A DNA stretch of 42,975 nt from a virus (lineage: Duplodnaviria; Heunggongvirae; Uroviricota; Caudoviricetes), in the IMG/VR virus record IMGVR_UViG_2563366932_000014; one strand, written 5' to 3'. A model generated the notes under the pieces. It was not told where the DNA came from. It did no database searches and was given only the letters and a program-made list of their open reading frames with translations. Shown piece by piece: positions 39,782-42,975 of the stretch (positions within the stretch are counted from its first letter, which is position 1; each line of letters begins with the position of its first letter). Made by a program: the position numbers and the translations under genes.

Positions 39782-40648
39782 ATGAATCAAAATCCATTCT
39801 CATTCTATGACTTTCTTGGATATTTAATACCAGGTGGTTTTTTTATCCTATTAATGTATTTCTGTGGTTTGACATTCGATCTAGATATTGTTATTGACTT
39901 AAGTGAATTGCTCAGAGGTCAAAGTCAAATCTTTGGCATTTTGAACTACGCTTCAATAGTTATTATATCTTATATAGCTGGACATTTTATTTCTATCACG
40001 TCAGCATTTTTTATCGAAAAATACATGAATAAAGAATTAGGATATCCTTCCAAATATCTATTTAAAAAATTGATAGATACCTCAGAAAGCATTTGTAGCC
40101 CATCATGCGATGAGAGAAGCGCTGATAAAAAAACAAAAATAAAGAATCGCATAATCAAATGCGTATTATGTCCAATAATACTATGGGATTTTATAACACA
40201 AAAACTATGTTATTCTCAATCTCTACCATTTCATTTAGCTAATACAACATGGTTAATGATCAAAGAAGGTTATGAGAAAAAGTTCATAACAAATCGCCAA
40301 TTATTACAAGATAAAAACGGACTTGATGATGATCTCTTCAGATTGGCATATCATTATGTTTATGAGTTTTCAAAACAACATCAAACAAAAATTCAAAACT
40401 ATGTTGCATTATATGGTTTTTGCAGAAACATATGTTTAATCTTTATAATTTCATTTTGGGTATCAGTTCCAACCTTTATTTATCGATTATGTACTCATAG
40501 TGATTATCTTTATAGTTTACTTTCAATAATGCTTAGCTTTTTCTTCGTCTATGTTTTCTATGTTGGTTTTGTTAAATTTTATAGAAGATATACTTTAGAA
40601 GTATTAATGGCATTTGCTGTACTTCAAAGTAACGACACTATTCGTTAA
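39782..40648 (+). CDS. very AT-rich four-TM membrane protein of unknown function
   Basis: two N-terminal and two C-terminal hydrophobic helices around a ~140-aa soluble region; GGAGAG RBS before the ATG at 39782; listed ORF starts at 39758. Confidence 0.55.
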   Translation: MNQNPFSFYDFLGYLIPGGFFILLMYFCGLTFDLDIVIDLSELLRGQSQIFGILNYASIVIISYIAGHFISITSAFFIEKYMNKELGYPSKYLFKKLIDTSESICSPSCDERSADKKTKIKNRIIKCVLCPIILWDFITQKLCYSQSLPFHLANTTWLMIKEGYEKKFITNRQLLQDKNGLDDDLFRLAYHYVYEFSKQHQTKIQNYVALYGFCRNICLIFIISFWVSVPTFIYRLCTHSDYLYSLLSIMLSFFFVYVFYVGFVKFYRRYTLEVLMAFAVLQSNDTIR

Positions 40649-40650
40649 TA

Positions 40651-40896
40651 ATGTTGCTCCCGTGTGCAGACGGGATAATGGAGAAACGTATGCTGAACCT
40701 CGATTGTGTTCCTATCTCAACTTATTGCAAAGAAACTGGCGAAACTCCTGAAGCAATAAACAAACGTGTACAGCGCGGTGTTTGGCGTGAAGGTGTTCAG
40801 GTTTTAAAGGTTGAAGGCGTTAAGGAGAGGTGGATTGATCTTAGTGAGGTTGCAAAATGGGCCAGACAAAACTGCTCAAACTACCGCGCGGCGTAA
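40651..40896 (+). CDS. excisionase-like protein
   Basis: small basic protein immediately upstream of and overlapping int; true start may be an internal Met. Confidence 0.55.
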   Translation: MLLPCADGIMEKRMLNLDCVPISTYCKETGETPEAINKRVQRGVWREGVQVLKVEGVKERWIDLSEVAKWARQNCSNYRAA

Positions 40897-42029
40897 CAAT
40901 CAGGAAACACCACCAGGGAGAAACGATCAATATAACTTTCACCTACAAAGGAGTTAGATGTCGTGAGCCGCTTTCCAATCTGGAAGTAACACCAAAGAAC
41001 ATTAAATACGCCGAGCGTACACTCGGCGAAATCCATAATAAGATCGAAAGGGGAACATTCATTTATGCAGAATATTTTCCCCGTTCTGCTCGTTTGAAAA
41101 TTTTTGGTAATGCTGCTGCAAGCAAAACGGTAAAGATGTACCTGGACGAATATCTTGAAATCTGCGAAACAAGAAAACTTTCACCCTCTACGATTGGTGG
41201 CTATAAAAAATGCCGTAGTGCGTTAGCCTCACTTCACATTTGCCCTGCAAGTGAATTAACACCAGCAACCCTGAAAGCGTGGATTCAAAGCCAGAAAACA
41301 ACCTTAAAAACCATTCGCAACCAGTTATCTTTCCTACGGTCAGCACTTGATGAAGCCGTGACCGATGGGGTACTTCAAATTAACCCCGTATCGTTAGTAA
41401 CAGCTTCGCGCTACCAAAGTGATAAGTCAGAAGCAGAAAGCAGCTATGTGGTTGATCCGCTATCACCAGCAGAAGTTGATGCATTACTAGCAGCAGCCGG
41501 AAACAAACAATGGGAAAATCTGTTCCGGTTCGCCATACATACAGGCCTGCGTAGTTCTGAATTATGTGCCCTACGATGGCATGATATCGACTTTGTTGGA
41601 AAAACAGCCCATGTTCAGAGCGCAAGTGTTGTCGGAGTTATCAAAGGAACAAAGACAAAAGCCGGTACCCGTAAAGTTGAACTGACTGAAGAAGCAATGT
41701 TGGCGTTGATAAACCAGAAGCCATTTACATTCATGAAGGATGCTACTGTCTTTGAAGATCCAAAGACCAATAAACCCTGGGCAAGTGCTGATGCAATTAG
41801 GAAAAAAGCATGGGTGCCAACATTGCGAAAAGCAGGTATTCGTTACAGAAACCCATATCAAACCAGGCATACATTCGCCACCAGCCATATCAGCCGGGGA
41901 GCAAACCTGTTTTGGCTTGCGGCTCAAATGGGCCATAAAGGGCCTGAAATGTTATTCAGGCACTATGGACAATACTTGAAAGAGTATGATGGGAGGGCAA
42001 GTATCAAGGATAAAAAGGCTTTATTTTAA
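40857..42029 (+). CDS. tyrosine integrase with N-terminal arm-binding domain
   Basis: N-terminal ..LPRGVTIRKHHQGETINITFTYKGVRCRE..; C-terminal R, H-x-x-R and Tyr (..HTFAT..FRHYGQYL..) motifs. Confidence 0.85.
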   Translation: MGQTKLLKLPRGVTIRKHHQGETINITFTYKGVRCREPLSNLEVTPKNIKYAERTLGEIHNKIERGTFIYAEYFPRSARLKIFGNAAASKTVKMYLDEYLEICETRKLSPSTIGGYKKCRSALASLHICPASELTPATLKAWIQSQKTTLKTIRNQLSFLRSALDEAVTDGVLQINPVSLVTASRYQSDKSEAESSYVVDPLSPAEVDALLAAAGNKQWENLFRFAIHTGLRSSELCALRWHDIDFVGKTAHVQSASVVGVIKGTKTKAGTRKVELTEEAMLALINQKPFTFMKDATVFEDPKTNKPWASADAIRKKAWVPTLRKAGIRYRNPYQTRHTFATSHISRGANLFWLAAQMGHKGPEMLFRHYGQYLKEYDGRASIKDKKALF

Positions 42030-42638
42030 GTCATTATGCCAATCGTCTACTGTTTGAAACCAAATTTTTAACCTTTGCATAAAGGTACGATCCTTTTTGG
42101 GAGGGTGGTACCTTTGAAAAGAAGTATGTAACGCTTCGATAACTCCCATACAAGCATCAATTACTTCTTGTGCTTTAACCGGGCGATCGGCATCTGAAAG
42201 CTTGTGAGCGACCTCACAATCCAGAGTTGCTTTCTCTAGTACAGATGAGAACACCTCGTCAGGTATATACAGTCCTCTGCTTTCCAAAATGCAAATCAGT
42301 TTGGAAACTTGTTGAGCTTTAGCCAAGATAGTTAACAAGTATGAAACAGAAGCCTTTGTTCTATCCTTTTGCAACCTTAACAATCGATGCTTTGATGCTC
42401 TAATTTTAGGTTGAGTTGTCTGACTGAGCCAATAGTTAGAAGAAATATCAGAAATTTCAATAACTAACTTTGAAATAGCATCAATAATTGATTTCGATTC
42501 AGAACGTGTCGCCAGTTTTACAGAATTATTGTACGCAACTCGCCATCCAATGAAAACTAAGCAGACGCTAACTACTGTGATACACCACGAATACTGTCCT
42601 ATTTGTGCTACTAATGACATTGGTTCCGTACTGATCAA
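42021..42638 (-). CDS. membrane-anchored hypothetical protein (205 aa)
   Basis: one N-terminal TM helix; AT-rich; convergent with and overlapping the int stop. Confidence 0.45.
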   Translation of the reverse strand: MISTEPMSLVAQIGQYSWCITVVSVCLVFIGWRVAYNNSVKLATRSESKSIIDAISKLVIEISDISSNYWLSQTTQPKIRASKHRLLRLQKDRTKASVSYLLTILAKAQQVSKLICILESRGLYIPDEVFSSVLEKATLDCEVAHKLSDADRPVKAQEVIDACMGVIEALHTSFQRYHPPKKDRTFMQRLKIWFQTVDDWHNDLK

Positions 42639-42648
42639 CTATCGCCTC

Positions 42649-42975
42649 TTATACTCTTTCTGGTTGTGCTAAATCAATAAATTTATCAATCTGTTCTTTG
42701 TAGAACGGAACATCACTTTTTATAATCAAACGTGCTTTAACGTTGGCTTTAGGTATCCCTTCCTTACGGATGAGACCTCCAAACGCCTCTTCTAAGAAAG
42801 AGGAACCAACACCCAGTGCTATACCGCGAAAATCAACCACAATCTCCTGTTCAGTACCCTTCAGCGCAGGCACCAAAAACTCTCTACGAAATCTTTCCGC
42901 ACTGTGTGGGCTATCCGTTGTGTAACGTCCGAAAGGTGTTCTGGAGAACTCCTTCGCTATGACGATATTTCTCAT
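42649..42975 (-). CDS. hypothetical small protein (108 aa), possibly STAS-like
   Basis: ATG is exactly at the window edge; 10-nt gap to the downstream gene; fold suggestion is tentative. Confidence 0.4.
   Translation of the reverse strand: MRNIVIAKEFSRTPFGRYTTDSPHSAERFRREFLVPALKGTEQEIVVDFRGIALGVGSSFLEEAFGGLIRKEGIPKANVKARLIIKSDVPFYKEQIDKFIDLAQPERV

Noticed and set aside
42030-42975. Prophage att site or tRNA gene immediately downstream of int
   Set aside because: No tRNA-like sequence and no copy of the 3833-3891 core were seen in this stretch; the att sites of the large prophage cannot be placed from this window.

Overview
Composite mobile-DNA region, enterobacterial in character (lambda-like R/Rz lysis proteins, IS2, Mu/SfV-like tail). 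All calls are from reading the sequence and ORF translations by eye; no database search or computation was run. (i) 1-3.9 kb: accessory genes (a translationally coupled two-gene operon whose larger product has a PD-(D/E)xK-like motif, a 97-aa gene, and a GIY-YIG nuclease gene split by a complete IS2 with 5-bp target duplication), ending at a tRNA-Pro-like 3' fragment plus terminator that looks like an attachment-site remnant. (ii) 3.9-6.8 kb: a decayed dinI-like gene behind a LexA box, then an AT-rich GmrSD-family (DUF262/DUF1524) putative type IV restriction gene that abuts the truncated 5' end of a Pin/Gin-type invertase gene. (iii) 6.8-42 kb: a lambdoid prophage, late genes on the minus strand: invertible tail-fibre segment, Mu-like contractile tail and baseplate, HK97-like head and packaging module with HNH endonuclease, lambda-type lysis cassette, Q-like antiterminator with late promoter/terminator, nin-like region (DUF968, KilA-N, RusA, LexA-DBD-only protein, Dam methylase), replication module with iterons and an apparent frameshift, cro/cI switch with palindromic operators, early-left operon, excisionase and integrase. 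(iv) 42-43 kb: an AT-rich two-gene module convergent with int, running to the window edge. Several AT-rich insertions of unknown function interrupt the prophage backbone; the best candidates for an undescribed system are the 4-TM protein next to xis/int, the module beyond int, and the left-end operon. No CRISPR array, rRNA or intact tRNA was found.
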